64,000 nt of DNA from Octopus bimaculoides (lineage: Eukaryota): NCBI RefSeq assembly GCF_001194135.2, contig NC_068983.1, positions 70,179,273 through 70,243,272 on the forward strand, in the 5' to 3' direction. Of this stretch, positions 13,001 through 26,919 are shown piece by piece. The position numbers and the translations under genes are program-made. Under the pieces are notes generated by a model. It worked only from the letters and a program-made list of their open reading frames with translations, was not told the DNA's origin and made no database searches. How positions within the stretch are numbered: position 1 is the stretch's first letter; the number at the start of each line of letters is the position of its first letter.

Positions 13001-15819
13001 GATCAAGCAGGGCCATCTACTTGAAGGACAGACGTTAAACGATGATGATGATGAACGTAAAGACAGATGAAATGCTGCTAAGCATTTTGCCCAGCATGCT
13101 AGCAATTCTGACAGCTCTCCTTTCTAATAAAGGTACAAGGCCTAAAATTTGTGGGGAGGAGACTAGTCAATTACATCGACCCCCAGTGTTTCACTGGTAC
13201 TTAATTTATTGACACTGAAAGGACGAAAGGCAAAGTTGACCTCAGCAGAATTTGAACTCAAAACATAGCAATTGGCAAAATACCACTAAACATTTTGTCC
13301 AGCATGCTAACGATTCCACCAGCTCATCACCTAAATAATAATGATGATTATAATAATCCTTTCTACTATAGGCACAAAGCCTGAAATTTGTGGGGAGGGG
13401 TAAGTCAGTTACATCAACTTTAGTGCTCAACTGGCTTGCTGCCTTAATAATAATAATAATAATAATAACAATAATAATGTATTCATTATGCTCACTTGTT
13501 TCATTGCACCATCTCCATTCAAATTGTCCAAGTCATTATCAAATAGTTCTTCTTATGTACCATCTGTCCACCTTCACTTTGGCATGAAACGAAAAGGACT
13601 CAGTACATTGTGTTGGTGCTGGAAGATTTACAAGGTTGATAAAATTCTTATTTTAGTCATTATTGTGATAATAACTATATGTATGTTTATAAATAAAAGA
13701 AATTATTCAGGAATGATAAAACTATTTAAGGAAGAAATGTTTTCCAATAATGAAAGCATTACATTATTTGATGTTTTAATTTCCATTATCACTGATATTT
13801 TAATTAAATTTGATTTTTATACTAATAAAATATTAAGAAGCATAACTATCTGTATTTCTTTTCATTTAATTCTGAATTTACCCATATCTTATTATTACTT
13901 ATTACTGAAATATTTTGTTGAAAACTGGCAATAGTCTTTGCCAGTAGAATTCTTAAAATATAAAACTCAGAAGAAAGGACAGCCTTGAGGAATGTAGGAC
14001 ATAATGCTTCATCTATTTTGTTGTTTGAGTGAAAATGAGATGATGAGGGAAGTAAAACTGAAGTTGATGGTTTAGCCATGTTGCGATATGTGTTTCTGGT
14101 ATACTGGGGATAATGTAAATGAAATCTCTTGATAAGGCAGTAATGAACAACACACATGGAAAGAGGATAAAATACTAAAAATAGGCAACTGATCACATTG
14201 CAGCTTTATACTCAAGTGTGTTTATGACTCGTTAATGGTATCCGCTATAGCTGTTGTTTACATTTGTTTTTGATGATAAAAAAAAAATGACTTTGCTGTG
14301 AAATGAGCATGTTACAAAACCAGCATTTCATCTTGTAAACAGGCAAGGCCTAGACTCTTTGCAGTTGAGGAAATTATTGATGATATTTATTCTTCAGTTG
14401 AAGAGTTTACACTTCACAGGCAATGAAAGTGATCTGGACAATGACAATCAAACTGGTGTAAGTGATGAGGAAAGTAGCAATTCATGTGAACAAATACTGT
14501 AGTTGAAAGTTAAGCTTATTATTGTTATTTTCCTGAACTTTTCTGTGGTTTTGTCTGTTAGTTTGCCTGCTATCATTACTCTTGAGCTGTGTATGCAACT
14601 GTTTATTTTCTAGCTCAGGAACCCAGGTGGGGTGGTAAAGTCAATCATAGGGGTCCAGGTCTGAGAGGGTTAATGTAATAGGAAGATAGATACTTAAACA
14701 AGAAGGATAGTGTGAAAGAGTGAGAAACTAAAGAGATGAAGTGAATAAAATAAGGGATAAATTAGTTATTATGAAAGGTAGACAGGTACAATATCTTAAA
14801 TAATAACATATAATAACATAGCTATGATGACAGATCAAAGTAGTAAGGTTGGTGAGAACAATACCTTAAAGAACTATATTTACAAATATAGTGGCAGATT
14901 AAAGTGCAGTGCTTAAAGACAGGAAAGCAAGAGAATAAAAACAATGCATCAAGAGTTGTGATAACAGATTTAAAGTATTGTGGGTCAGATTCAAAGCAAC
15001 TGAAAGTGCAGTGAGAATATATATACAAGCACAATTATACTAACACACACAAACATTTATACAAGAATTGATAATTATACAGCTACATATACACATTTAT
15101 ATACATTTTCTCACACTTTTCACTTCAAAACCTGAAAAGAAAAAAACTGGCTTGTCAGTACATGTTGACATAGTCATATTAATTGAAGTAAAAAAAGTAA
15201 TCAGCTTGAACTTACTGTTTAGTTTGCAGTCTGGGTGTTAGAAACAAAGTATTTTGTTTGTCAAATTAGAAAAATTCTACAGCATTAACAACATGAAAGT
15301 CTCTGAACTGGCTGGAAAACTAAAACAAATTATTGGTTAAGTTCCTTTATTATTGTGTAATTATTATTTGGGTTTTTTTTTTCTAAATTGTCAAAGAAAG
15401 TACATTGTTTCTAACAAGCATGCTTTGAACTAGAGAATAAGTTCAAAGAAGGAAGCTTTTTAAATATGAAAGAAAATTCTCTTAATAGCAAAAATATTTA
15501 CAAGAAAAATATCTGCCTTGAACATTTATGACAAGTTCAGTAATATGTGTATATATATATGTGTATATATATATACACACACATAAATACACATTGTTTA
15601 TTTTTATGATGAGTTATAATAAAATCAGTTTTACATTAAACTGAAGGATTACTCAGTGCTTTTTGTAGAGTGCATATTTATTATTCTTTAACAAGAATAG
15701 TACTGATAGTGACAGTTTTGCCCTGCTAAGCCATCATCAGACTGTCCAATAATGCTTTGCAGGCTGATACTTCATAGTCACTGTCAATACTATTCTTTAT
15801 GTTTGTCTGTCTGTCTCTC

Positions 15820-15850
<31 letters not shown>

Positions 15851-16211
15851 NNNNNNNNNNNNNNNNNNNNNNNNNNNNNNNNNNNNNNNNNNNNNNNNNN
15901 NNNNNNNNNNNNNNNNNNNNNNNNNNNNNNNNNNNNNNNNNNNNNNNNNNNNNNNNNNNNNNNNNNNNNNNNNNNNNNNNNNNNNNNNNNNNNNNNNNNN
16001 NNNNNNNNNNNNNNNNNNNNNNNNNNNNNNNNNNNNNNNNNNNNNNNNNNNNNNNNNNNNNNNNNNNNNNNNNNNNNNNAAAGGAAGGCTAACTGGGAAG
16101 ATAGTTTTTCTATGTGGCAAATGCTTAGGTGCTATAAACAATGAAAATGTGCAGAGAACAGCTTCTGTCACATTCCAGGGAGAAAAACTACAAGTAATTG
16201 ATAGCTTCTAA

Positions 16212-17305
16212 TTACCTAGGGGACCAAGTCAGTAGATGGGGTGAATGCTCTGAAAGGGTAGCTTCTAGAATAAGAATAGCCTGGGCAAAGTTCAGAGAGC
16301 TCCTACCTTTGCTGTGCCAAAGGACCTCTTGCTCAGAGTAAAAGGTAGACTGTATGACGCATGTGTACAAACAGCCATGACTACTGAGGACATGTGTAAG
16401 CTTGCAAAGAACGAAGCCAGTATGCTCTGCTGGATGTGTAATGTCAGTGTGCATACATGACAGAGTGTAAGCACTCTGAGAGAAAAGTTGGATTTACGAA
16501 GCATCAGATGTGGCGTGCAAGAGAGACGACTGTGCTGGTATAGTCATGTATTGCGAATGAATGAGGACAACTGTGTGAAAATGTGTCACATCCTAGCAGT
16601 TGACCTGGGATGAGGTGGTGAAGCACGATCTTCGAACATTGGTCCTTACCGAGGCAATGACTAATGACCGAGACCTTTGGAGATATGCTGTGCTTGAGAA
16701 GACCTGACAAAGCCAAGTGAGACCATAACCTGTGGCCTATACCAGTGGGTGTAACCAGCCCACTTATGAGTAGTGAAAACCTGTTGAGGCAAGTGAAATC
16801 AAAATCAAAATCGCTGATGTGGCCGAGGACAGTGCTGCCTGATGGGCACTTGAGCCAGTGGAACATTAAAAGCACCATCCGAGCGAGATTGTTGCCAGGG
16901 CTGCTGGTTGGTCCCATGCTGGTGGCATGTAAAAAGCACCATTCAAGCATGATCATTGCCAGCATCTCCTTGTTGGTAGATGTGCCAGTGGCACATGAAA
17001 AAACAACATTCAAGCGTGGTCGTTGCCAGTGCTGCTGGACTGGCTCCCATGCAGGTAGCACATAAAAAACACCTTTTGAGCATGGCCATTGCCAGAACCG
17101 CCTGAATGGTCCTCATTCCGGTGGCACATAAAAGCACCCACTACACTCTCGGAGCGGTTGGCGTTAGGAAGGGCATCCAGCTGTAGAAACTTTACCAGAT
17201 CAGATTGGAGCCTGGTGCAGCCTTCTGGCTTGCCAGTCCTCAGTCAAACTGTCCAACTCATGCCACCAAGGAAAGTGAACATTAAACGATGATGATGATG
17301 ATGAT
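16212..17305 (+). mobile_element. RTE-clade LINE 3' fragment
   Basis: YLGDQVSRWGECSERVASRIRIAWAKFRELLPL...LRSIRCGVQERRLCWYSHVLRM on +, repeated 3' UTR modules, (GAT)n tail at ~17289. Confidence 0.85.
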
Positions 17306-17399
<94 letters not shown>

Positions 17400-17799
17400 T
17401 TTTGGACTAGGATTTCAGTACATGTGCAGCTGTTTCTGGATTATTATTGGAGGAAATAACCATGATTCTATCTGTTTGAGGCTGTTTATGTCTTTTGTGG
17501 ATACATTGCAAAACATGTTTTCTGAAGCAAATTCATAGAGGCTCCTTTCGTTATTTACTTTTTCTTGTGTGTGTAGAAATAGTAATATAGTTCCTACATC
17601 CCTACAGTTAACTTGACACAATTTACACACAGAAAGAAACCTGTTTAAAACAATTGACTTCTTCACCATACAATGGCGCCAATATTTATCACCATCATAT
17701 TTATATCACTGTCATATTTTTGTGTGTGTGTATGTATGTGTTTATTGCTAGGAGTTTTATGGTGACATTTTGAGCTTCAGTGGATCAGTCGCATTATTG

Positions 17800-20440
17800 C
17801 AGGCCTAATGTATATAATCCCAGTCAAATGCAAAGGTTGTCATCAAGGATATGAACAGCAACTTCATCTAGAACGCTGCAGAGATTGGAAGATGGTGGAC
17901 AGAGCATACCTGAGATTTATATAAGGGAAAGACAAACACTGATAGGAAAATCATTGACCTCATAGAGCAGAGGCTAACTTAAAAGAACATAATGATGCCA
18001 ACAGTGGGCAAAGTCATAAGAGCCTTTCACTAACTCAGAGAAAGCTTAGCAGCAGATGAAAAGTGGCAGACTGAGTTGTCAGTGATTTAAAATCTCTTAT
18101 CAATATGATGGAAGATAATGTATCTCAAGATTTTAAGAATGTGACTATACTGCACAAAAGGGAGGCACACATGACAGTAAAAGCTATCATGGAATGGTAT
18201 TCCTACAGGCAGTTCATAAGATTCTCACCAGAATTATATTCTCTCCACCAGAGTTTCAAACTGTTTTTTTAACTATCAGTTCCTTTCTTTTGTTAGCAAT
18301 TTTTCAATACCTTCTGGCTACAGTTCAATAAAAATTAAATACAACTCATGTGCATATTCATATATGAGCACACAAAAGTCATGCGGTGACCTAATGCTAC
18401 ACTGATAGAGGCCATTACTATTGTATCTAAGGAAATACTCATAATTATGACAATATCTTTTAAATTAAATTATATTTTAGTTTATTGTTTTATATGGTTT
18501 ACCATTTCCATCATCATCCACATCATTTTAATGCCCGCTTTTCCACACTTGCATGGGTCAGATGTGAGAATATTGAAGCAGCATTTTATTTATTTACTTA
18601 ATCACATTTTGAAGTTTATCATTATTGTTGATGTTGTTGTTGTGACTGTGTCTAACAAGCAGTTTGTCATAATATTACTAATAGTTTTACTTTAAAAGTT
18701 AATATTTAAATTAGAAACAAAGACTGAAAGACAAAAAGCAAAAAAAAAAACAAAACTGTATAAATATTATCATCATCATCATCATCGTTTAACATCCGCT
18801 TTCCATGCTAGCATGGGTTGGACGATTTGACTGAGGACTGGTGAACCAGATGGCTACACCAGGCTCCAATCTGATTTGGCAGAGTTTCTACAGCTGGATG
18901 CCCTTTCTAACACCAACCACTCCGAGAGTGTAGTGGGTGCTTTTACGTGCCATCTCCTATGCTCCCTTCAAATCCAGTATTAATAGAAAATTTTCCATCA
19001 ACCCCCAATTGCAGCCATGCACTAAACTGATAATCATCACAGAAAGAACTACAATTTACCTGAACTGGAATGTAGCTTTCAATCTGGAAGACACGCCATA
19101 TCTTCACCATGTGATATTTAAATATGAGAAATGTCAAATGCTTAATGCACCACCCTACTTCATTCTCATCAACCGTACAAAGGTATTTGGCTCCATAAAT
19201 CTGTGATATTGAAGATGGTAACATTTGCAATGCTTAATATGCTAACAATACTGCAACATAGTGGAGGCGCAATGGCCTAGTGGTTAGGGCAGCGAACTCG
19301 CGGTCATAGGATCATGGTTTTGATTCCCAGACTGGGCATTGTGAGTGTTTATTGAGCAAAAACACCTAAAGCTCCATGAGGCTCCGGCAGGGGATGGTGG
19401 CGAACCCTGCTGTACTCTTTCACCACAACTTTCTCTCATTCTTACTTCCTGTTTCTGTTGTGCCTGTGGTTCAAAGGGTCAGCCTTGTCACACTGTGTCA
19501 CACTGAATATCTCTGAGAACTACGTTATGGGTACACGTGTCTGTGGAGTGCTCAGCCACTTGCAAGTTAATTTCATGAGCAGGCTGTTCCGTTGATCGGA
19601 TCAACTGGAACCCTTGACGTCGTAAGCGACAGAGTGCCAACAACAACAACTGCAACATAATAAAGCAACAAACCCCATTTTAATGTATTAGTCGGGCACT
19701 AATACTTTCCAGATACTGGAGTGAAACAGAGATGTTTATCGTATCTGTCTTCTTGTGCTTCAGCATTTATCAAGTTGCATGCTTGATGAATGGCTCAGGA
19801 GCACCCAAGAATGCCTCCATTTCATATTCCATACGGAGAGTAAGTTGATCAACAAAAGAAGACTAAGAAACAAATCAATGCTTTAAATGATTACAGTGTA
19901 CAAATTGCTTTATGCTGATGATTTGACCATTGTTAGTCATTTGGAGGAGGGTCTGCAAGCATTTCAAACTGAATTTAACAGAGTGACAATCAGTTCTGGT
20001 CTTTTGATCTAATAGCAGACATTAGTTTAGGAAACACATTACAACATTAACTGTTATTATCAGTGGCTTTGTACTGCAATTCATCGAACATGACAAATAC
20101 TTGGGAATTTACATCTCATACAGCATCTCAGTAGACAAGAAAATAGAATAGACTGGGCAGAGCTAATCTGACTTAATCACGATTCATTATAAAAATACAT
20201 CTTTGACAATAAGGATCTCTCCATCAGAGTCAAACTGGCTGTGTACAAAATATGATAGCTATGATACCTGCTCTCACCATTGTTGTGTAACCTGTACTTT
20301 CTGCATAGTGTTACACTATGCAGGAAGTACAGAACACAACTTGAAACCTTCTGTTGAAGATGACTACAGTACGAACTAAAGAATGTTGATAACATAGGAA
20401 CCAGAGCACAAATGAGATGGTTTGAACACTTTATGCTCAT
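17800..20440 (+). mobile_element. Old RTE (BovB-like) LINE, RT region, interrupted by two younger insertions
   Basis: Successive motifs SQDFKNVTI, HKILTRII (~18130-18240), EKCQMLNAPPYFILINRTKVFGSIN (~19120-19200), TGVKQRC (~19715), LLYADDLTIVSH (~19905), KYLG (~20095). Split by an RTE 3'-end copy (~18770-18950) and a SINE (19261-19648). Confidence 0.7.
19261..19648 (+). mobile_element. tRNA-derived SINE (family B), full length with TSD
   Basis: Head GGCGCAATGGCCTAGTGGTTAGGGCAGCG...GGTTTTGATTCCC, (CAA)n tail, TSD ACTGCAACATA (19250-19260 / 19649-19659). Confidence 0.88.
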
Positions 20441-21860
20441 GTCTAATGCATGACTTCTGAAGGCAGTCTTTCAGTATAAGTGTGTGCATGTGTGTGTGTG
20501 TGTGTGCATGTGTGTGTGTGTGATAGGTGTGATTCTATGTATATTGCTAGCAGAGGAATTGCTGCTATTTCCAGCTCACAGGTGTACCATTGACAAGGTC
20601 ATGGAAGGCCAAAATCATGTGATCTAGTAGCCCCAGTGGCAGCAATGGTGATTGATTATATCCCACTAGCAATGTAGACAAGAGTGCTTATATGCACCAC
20701 AAATCCATGGTAACTATCACAATATTCTGTGTTCTAACACAACACCACCTTTTATGTGGTGATAAATATTATCTTTTGTTAATGTTACTGCTTCTGTCAA
20801 AATTATGTGCGTGTGTGTGTGTGGGGGGGGGGTGCAGGCNNNNNNNNNNTGTGCGTGTGTGTGTGTGGGGGGGGGGTGCAGGCATGTGGTTTAGTGGTTA
20901 GGGTGTTGTATCCATAATTGTAAGACTGGTTTCGATTCCTGGACCAGGTGACGTGTTGTATTCATGAGCAAAAATGTTCAATTTCTTGTTGCTCCAGTTC
21001 ACTCAGATTGGCAAAAATGAATAATCTTGTGATGGATAAGAGTCATGTCTAGGGTGGAGGAAATATGCATGCCATAAGATGTAAGAAACTGACCTTATGA
21101 GTCTATGACTTGAGAAGGGCCCTTTGATCTTTTACTTCACTTATATACATATATACACATTTATATACATATATACATTTATATACATATATATATACAT
21201 TTATATACATGTATATATAATATATAATATAATGAAATTATTGTATACAGTGCTGCATATATATGTATATATATGTGTGTGTATATGAAAGTATAAGTGA
21301 GTAATGTTATATACAGCTTATAGCATAAATTAAAAAATGCTGAGAGAAGGTTGAGAAGAAAAGTACAAATGAACTTGAAATTTGTTATTAGAGAAATATT
21401 CTTTTGTACTTTTCACATACCAACCAAATGGAACAGACATTTTGATATCAACAGTAAATTTTTGGTTTTGTTTGTATGGGTGTATTATCATATTTGTCTA
21501 TATACATATTTTCTTAGAACTCATATCAGTGTTTTTTTTGGTCTAAAAAAGAATATTTTAGGCTACAAAAAAGGAAATATCTTGCTTCTTCATAAAGCTA
21601 GTTTTGTTGGGTAACATGCTTTAGAAGTGTATAGATATTGTTGAATGGAGAAGTCAAGAAATTTCGTCATAAATCAAGTGTTTTAGTAAGTCACCATTTT
21701 GTGTAATGATGTATATAATATAATTTTTAAAAAAATATAACTAAATGCTTCATAAATTTTTATACCACTTACTCATCAAAACTTCCTGGATTTCTTGAAA
21801 TTTTAAAATCTATAAATTACCATGATGCTAAACAGAATTTTTGCTTTTGTTATTTTTCAG

Positions 21861-21911
21861 GTCAAGATCTAATTAGTTGGATGATGAGAAATTTAGATGT
21901 GGACGATCAAG
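21861..21911 (+). CDS. RGS7: Internal coding exon (51 nt, phase 1/1) of an R7-family RGS gene (RGS6/RGS7/EGL-10-like), DEP domain
   Basis: Acceptor ttttgttatttttcAG, donor GTatgc. Translates (G)QDLISWMMRNLDVDDQ(A), resembling GSDIVQWLIKNLTIED of vertebrate RGS7 as I recall it. Splices in frame to 52168-52274. RGS6 vs RGS7 cannot be resolved from 53 aa. Confidence 0.85.
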
Positions 21912-24477
21912 GTATGCATCTTATTTCTTTCTTTACAGTAAAGTCATTTAAGATATATTTATTGAACTAGATTTTTTCATGTACACTAATAAGAATGAGT
22001 ATAAAAGCTATAACTTTTCAAGTAAATGATATAGCTAATGAAAAGTTTAAGAACCAGTGATTTAAAAAAAAAATAACTTCACCATTCAAATTGATAACTT
22101 TTGTCTGTGTATAGTCTTGACTTCTAGATATAAAAGAAGATTTGGATTCCTAGATATGAAAACAGTTTTCCACAAAGAAGCTTTTGAATTTGTGAAAATA
22201 TCAGCTACTTGTCGGGACTTAGATTTTGGTTTGCTCTATTCAAAGAGAATGAATGTCTTCTTTTCATGATAAAATTCTAGCTATGCTGAGGCTATGGAAT
22301 TTTTAAGGTAGCTTACTGCTTAGTGATACTGTGTGTAATCTAATGTAGATAATTCTTGCATCTGGGAAGGATTCATATGGATTGTGAACACAATAAATTT
22401 CTTTCAGATAAATAACATTAGTAGATAATTAATTTCTGTATGTAAGTGAATATATATATTTATAACTACATATGCACATATTGCTGGCTCCAATCCAACT
22501 TCATATAAAATATCCAGCTTCACTTAAGTCTTTCCATGTTGTTCTATTCACTTTGTATTTCCTTTTCATTCTTTCTCAACTTTCAACATTTCAAGCTGAA
22601 TATCAGATATCATTCTCAAAATACTCTGGAGAATTCTATGCACAAACCTTCCTCATTCCAGCTTGCTCATAGCCAACATCTGTAAACTGATGTCTTCGGT
22701 ATCTGATCAGTATCCTGTATGTTAACAGCTTGTATTCCATTAGAATTTATTGCTAATTATTATTAAATAGGAAGCTGGGTTGTATCTCTTAAGATAATAT
22801 TTCTACAATCATATCAATAGATCTCGCTTAAAAAGCAAAACTCCATTTTTGTCATTAAGGCATCTATAGATTGATGGATGATGTATTACAATTATTGGCA
22901 GAAACAGAAGAGTACCAGGAAAAATAAATACCTTGCAGTATTTAGTTGCATTCCTTTTGTGTCTGGGTTCAAATTCTATATCAGAATTGATTTTACCTAT
23001 CATCCTTTCAATGCTAATAAAATAAGTACTGTACTAGTGATAAAATGAGGTTGGTTCCAGTCAGGTATACTCTTCACTACACATACTGGCTTTGTGCCAA
23101 AGTTTGAAATAATCAAGGCATCATTTTAATAGCTCTATTTCTTCAGATACTATGTAGAATTTTCCACCAGTTACAAACCCCAGAAAATCTATCACTGGTG
23201 AAGGTCACCATAAAAATGACTCCTATTAAACCATTATTTATTTAATTGTTACAGGTGGTGTTTAGCCCATGATTATCTGTTTATTTTTATATATCTAGAC
23301 CAACATTTTTTAATATGTACTTCAGTTTTATAAGAGATGAGGGTCTGATTTGAGGGAAATTTGGTTGCTATTTCTCCCAGAGTGAGATAGTCATAGAAAT
23401 TTTATCATTAACTTATACATTTCCATCACTCACGAATGTGGTCCTGAGATACTTAAACATCTCCACTTTTCTCAGTGATGTTCCACTAACATGTAAAGTA
23501 TACTGGGAAGATTATTGAGAGGACCAATGTCTCAGTGTTTGCAAAACTATTAGGTATGATGCCAACTACGTATGTAGAGGTGGGAGTGGAGGTACTCCTT
23601 CTCCAACTGTCAGATTGCGTTCTGGAGTAGATCCCACAAGATGGGAAGGTTTGCTTCCTATAGAAAATACAAATTACTTGATCAACAAAGTTTATTAATC
23701 TATAAAAAAAAACACACTTTGTCCCATATCAAGATTAGCCTGAAAATTTCGTTAAGATGACATATTCTTTACAGCTCCAGCTCAAAAGCAACAAATGTTG
23801 CTTATTATGTGATGATAATTGAGTCTGTAGATAAAAGAAATGGAAAAACAAAGAGGTTACTGGGTGCATATTATGTAACTTTATTTGGTCCTTTTTCTTC
23901 TTTCCCATTCTCTTTCTCCCCCTTCCCCTAAGAGCTTTTAACTGCACACATAATTTTTCCTAAGTAATAGACATCCCACTTTTTTTGTGCACTATCCACC
24001 CCTCATTGATGCCAGTTAAAAGTTTATCAGATTAGAATTTCTTGTTGCCACATCACAAATTTCAATACACAGCTAATGAAATGAAACCACACTACAATCT
24101 ATCTCACTAAGGTAGTCAGTGAGTAGGGCATGCCATTGGCTCTTTACCAACTCTACTTTCTACTCTCCTTTTTCAGTTCTTGAAATGTACATCTCTCTCT
24201 CTTTTTCTTTTTTGCATTATGTATTAAAGCAGAAAATTTTCAACTGAATGGCAGCATGTATCTAATGAAAAGGGACACTGGATCGTTATGAAATATTCAT
24301 AATGTTGCATAATATGCAATTGGTGACCTCTTTGAAACAGCTATAGTACTTGACTACTTTTTCCATTCCTTATATCTAAATATAAATACACACACACACA
24401 CATATGTATATGCATATATATGTGTGTGTGTGTGTGTGTATGAAGAAAAGTATATATATATCCTCCTCCTCCTCCTC

Positions 24478-26140
24478 ATCATCATCATCATTTAACGTCC
24501 GTTGTCCATGCTGACATGAGTTGGACGGTTTGACCAGGGCTGGCAAGCTGGAAGGCTGCACCAGACTCCAGNNNNNNNNNNTGACCAGGGCTGGCAAGCT
24601 GGAAGGCTGCACCAGACTCCAGTCTGATTTGGCATGGTTCCTATGGCTGGATGCCCTTCTTAATACCAACCACTCAGAGAGTGTAATGGTCGCTTTTACA
24701 TGCCACAAGCACAAGTGCCATTTGCGTGATATCAGTATCTGCCACAACTGATTTTACTTGCACAACATGATGCCAAAGGTCTTGGTCATTCGTCATTGCC
24801 TCCATGAGGTCGAACACTCAAAAGCTTTTTACATGCCACTGGCATTGGCCACTTTGCCTTAGTAAGGCCAAACACTTGAAAGGTGCTTTTTACGTGTCAC
24901 TGGCACAGGTGCCAGTTATGTGACACCAGCATCAGCCATGACTACGATTTCAGTTGGTTTGACAGGTCTTCTCAAGAACAGTGTATCACCAAAGGTCTCA
25001 GTTATTAGTCAATGCCTCTGTGAGGCCCAAAGTTCAAAAATCATGCTTCACCACCTCGTCCCATGTCTTCCTGGGTCTATCTCTACCAGAGGTTCCTTCC
25101 ACAGTTTGAGATCGGTACTTCTTTACACAGCTGTCCTCATCCATACACATCACATGACCATACTAGCACAGCTGTCTCTCTTGCACACCACATCTGATGT
25201 CTCTTATGCCTAACTTTTCTCTCAAGATGCTTACACTCTGTTGAACATACACACTAACATTGCACATTTAGTGAAGCATACTGGCTTCATTTCTTTTAAG
25301 CATATGCATGTTCTCATCTGTCACAGCCCATGTTTCACTATCATGTAGCATAGCTGTTCACACACAGACTTTATGCAATCTACCTTTCATTCTGAGGGAG
25401 AGGCCTTTTCTTGCTAGCAGAGGTAGGAGCTCTCTGAACTTTGCCCAGCCTATTCTTATTCTCACATCTATGCTCTCAGTGCATCCACCTCCACTACTAA
25501 CTTGGTCACCTAGGTAATGGAAGCAATCTACTATATCTAGCTTAACCCCTGGCAGTTGATGGAGTCTATTTTCTGAACATTTTCGATATTTATTGTACTT
25601 GTGCATCTTCCACACACAAGAGCTATTTTCCCTGTTAACCTTCCTCAGATATTGCTGCACCTCTTATGTGTCCATAGCTTACACCAGATACATCTTATGG
25701 CGTTTCTATGTATGCCTTTTCTACAGATCGAGCAGGTTCATCTACCTGAAAGGATTTGTGATTTATCTGCCTTCCTACTTACTAAAATTTTGGGTTTTAC
25801 TAGGTTAACTCTAAGGCCCTTAGTTCCATATCTGAAACTTCTCTAGTTCTGGTAGTGATTCAGTTACAAGAGCAAGGTCATCAGCATAGAGGCGCTCCGA
25901 GGGGGCAGCCTGTCTTGAATTTTTCTGTTATTGCCTGGAGGACCATGATGAACAAGATGAAGCTGAGGACTGATCCTTGGTGAACACCTACTTGTACCCT
26001 GAATTCTTCACTGTACTTGTTGCCTACCCTTACCTTTCTGGTAGCATCCCTGTACATGGCTTGTACAGCTCCCACCAACCACTAACCTATCCCTAGTTTC
26101 TGCATTGAAAACTAGGGATAGACGAATGCTTGGTGAGAGC
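24478..26140 (-). mobile_element. RTE-clade LINE 3' fragment (RT core to (GAT)n tail)
   Basis: FRVQVGVHQGSVLS, RLYADDLAL (~25870-25890), FHYLGDQVSSGGGC...RIRIGWAKFRELLPLL, 3' UTR with CTGGATGCCCTTC motif and ATC-repeat tail. Confidence 0.85.
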
Positions 26141-26668
26141 TGTACAATCACTCATCTATCCCTAGTTTTAATATATGTAAACATCATCACAATCCTTTAA
26201 TGTCTGTTGTCCATGCTGGCATTCACATATATATATAATAATATATATGAAAGAAGAATGCAAGTGGGGTTCAAAACTCACAACAGTTGTTTCAACAGCA
26301 TTTTATTGATGCATTCCCAACATAGAGAAGAGGAAAAAGAATCCACAATAGATGTGGGCACATTGATGTCTCATTGCTTATTGACCAAAACTGATCACAA
26401 TTTTGACAACTTATTGATAATATTGTCCAGTTTGGTAACATCAACAGCAAAACATTGCTGGAATACAAATGAGGGAACAGAATGAAATAAGTATAAAACA
26501 AAGATGGGTGAAAAGGATGAATTATGAGAACAGAGAAATCTGTTATATTATGCAATAAAGGCAGTAATGAAAGAAGTAAGCCTGTAATAAATAACACACA
26601 TATTTGTATATACTGAAGGCCTCTGAGCTTTAGAACAGAACTGCATATATTTATCCATCTGTCTACAT

Positions 26669-26757
<89 letters not shown>

Positions 26758-26919
26758 GCACACATGCACATATAGATAGATAGATAAATAGATAAATAGA
26801 TATGTTTCTTTATTAGCCACACTGGGCTGAACACAGAGGGGACAAAATACAAAGTAGAGCTTTTTTTTTTGGAAAGTAGGGGGTGTATGACAGAAATGTC
26901 ATAATGTAAAAGGGGAAAC

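Noticed and set aside
14330-14673. piggyBac-like remnant (acidic peptide, GGG|TTAA end)
   Set aside because: No matching left terminus or catalytic motifs found.
24533-24622. Short direct repeats around 10-N gaps (also ~20810-20880, 52520-52650, 57300-57400)
   Set aside because: Same contig-overlap artefact.
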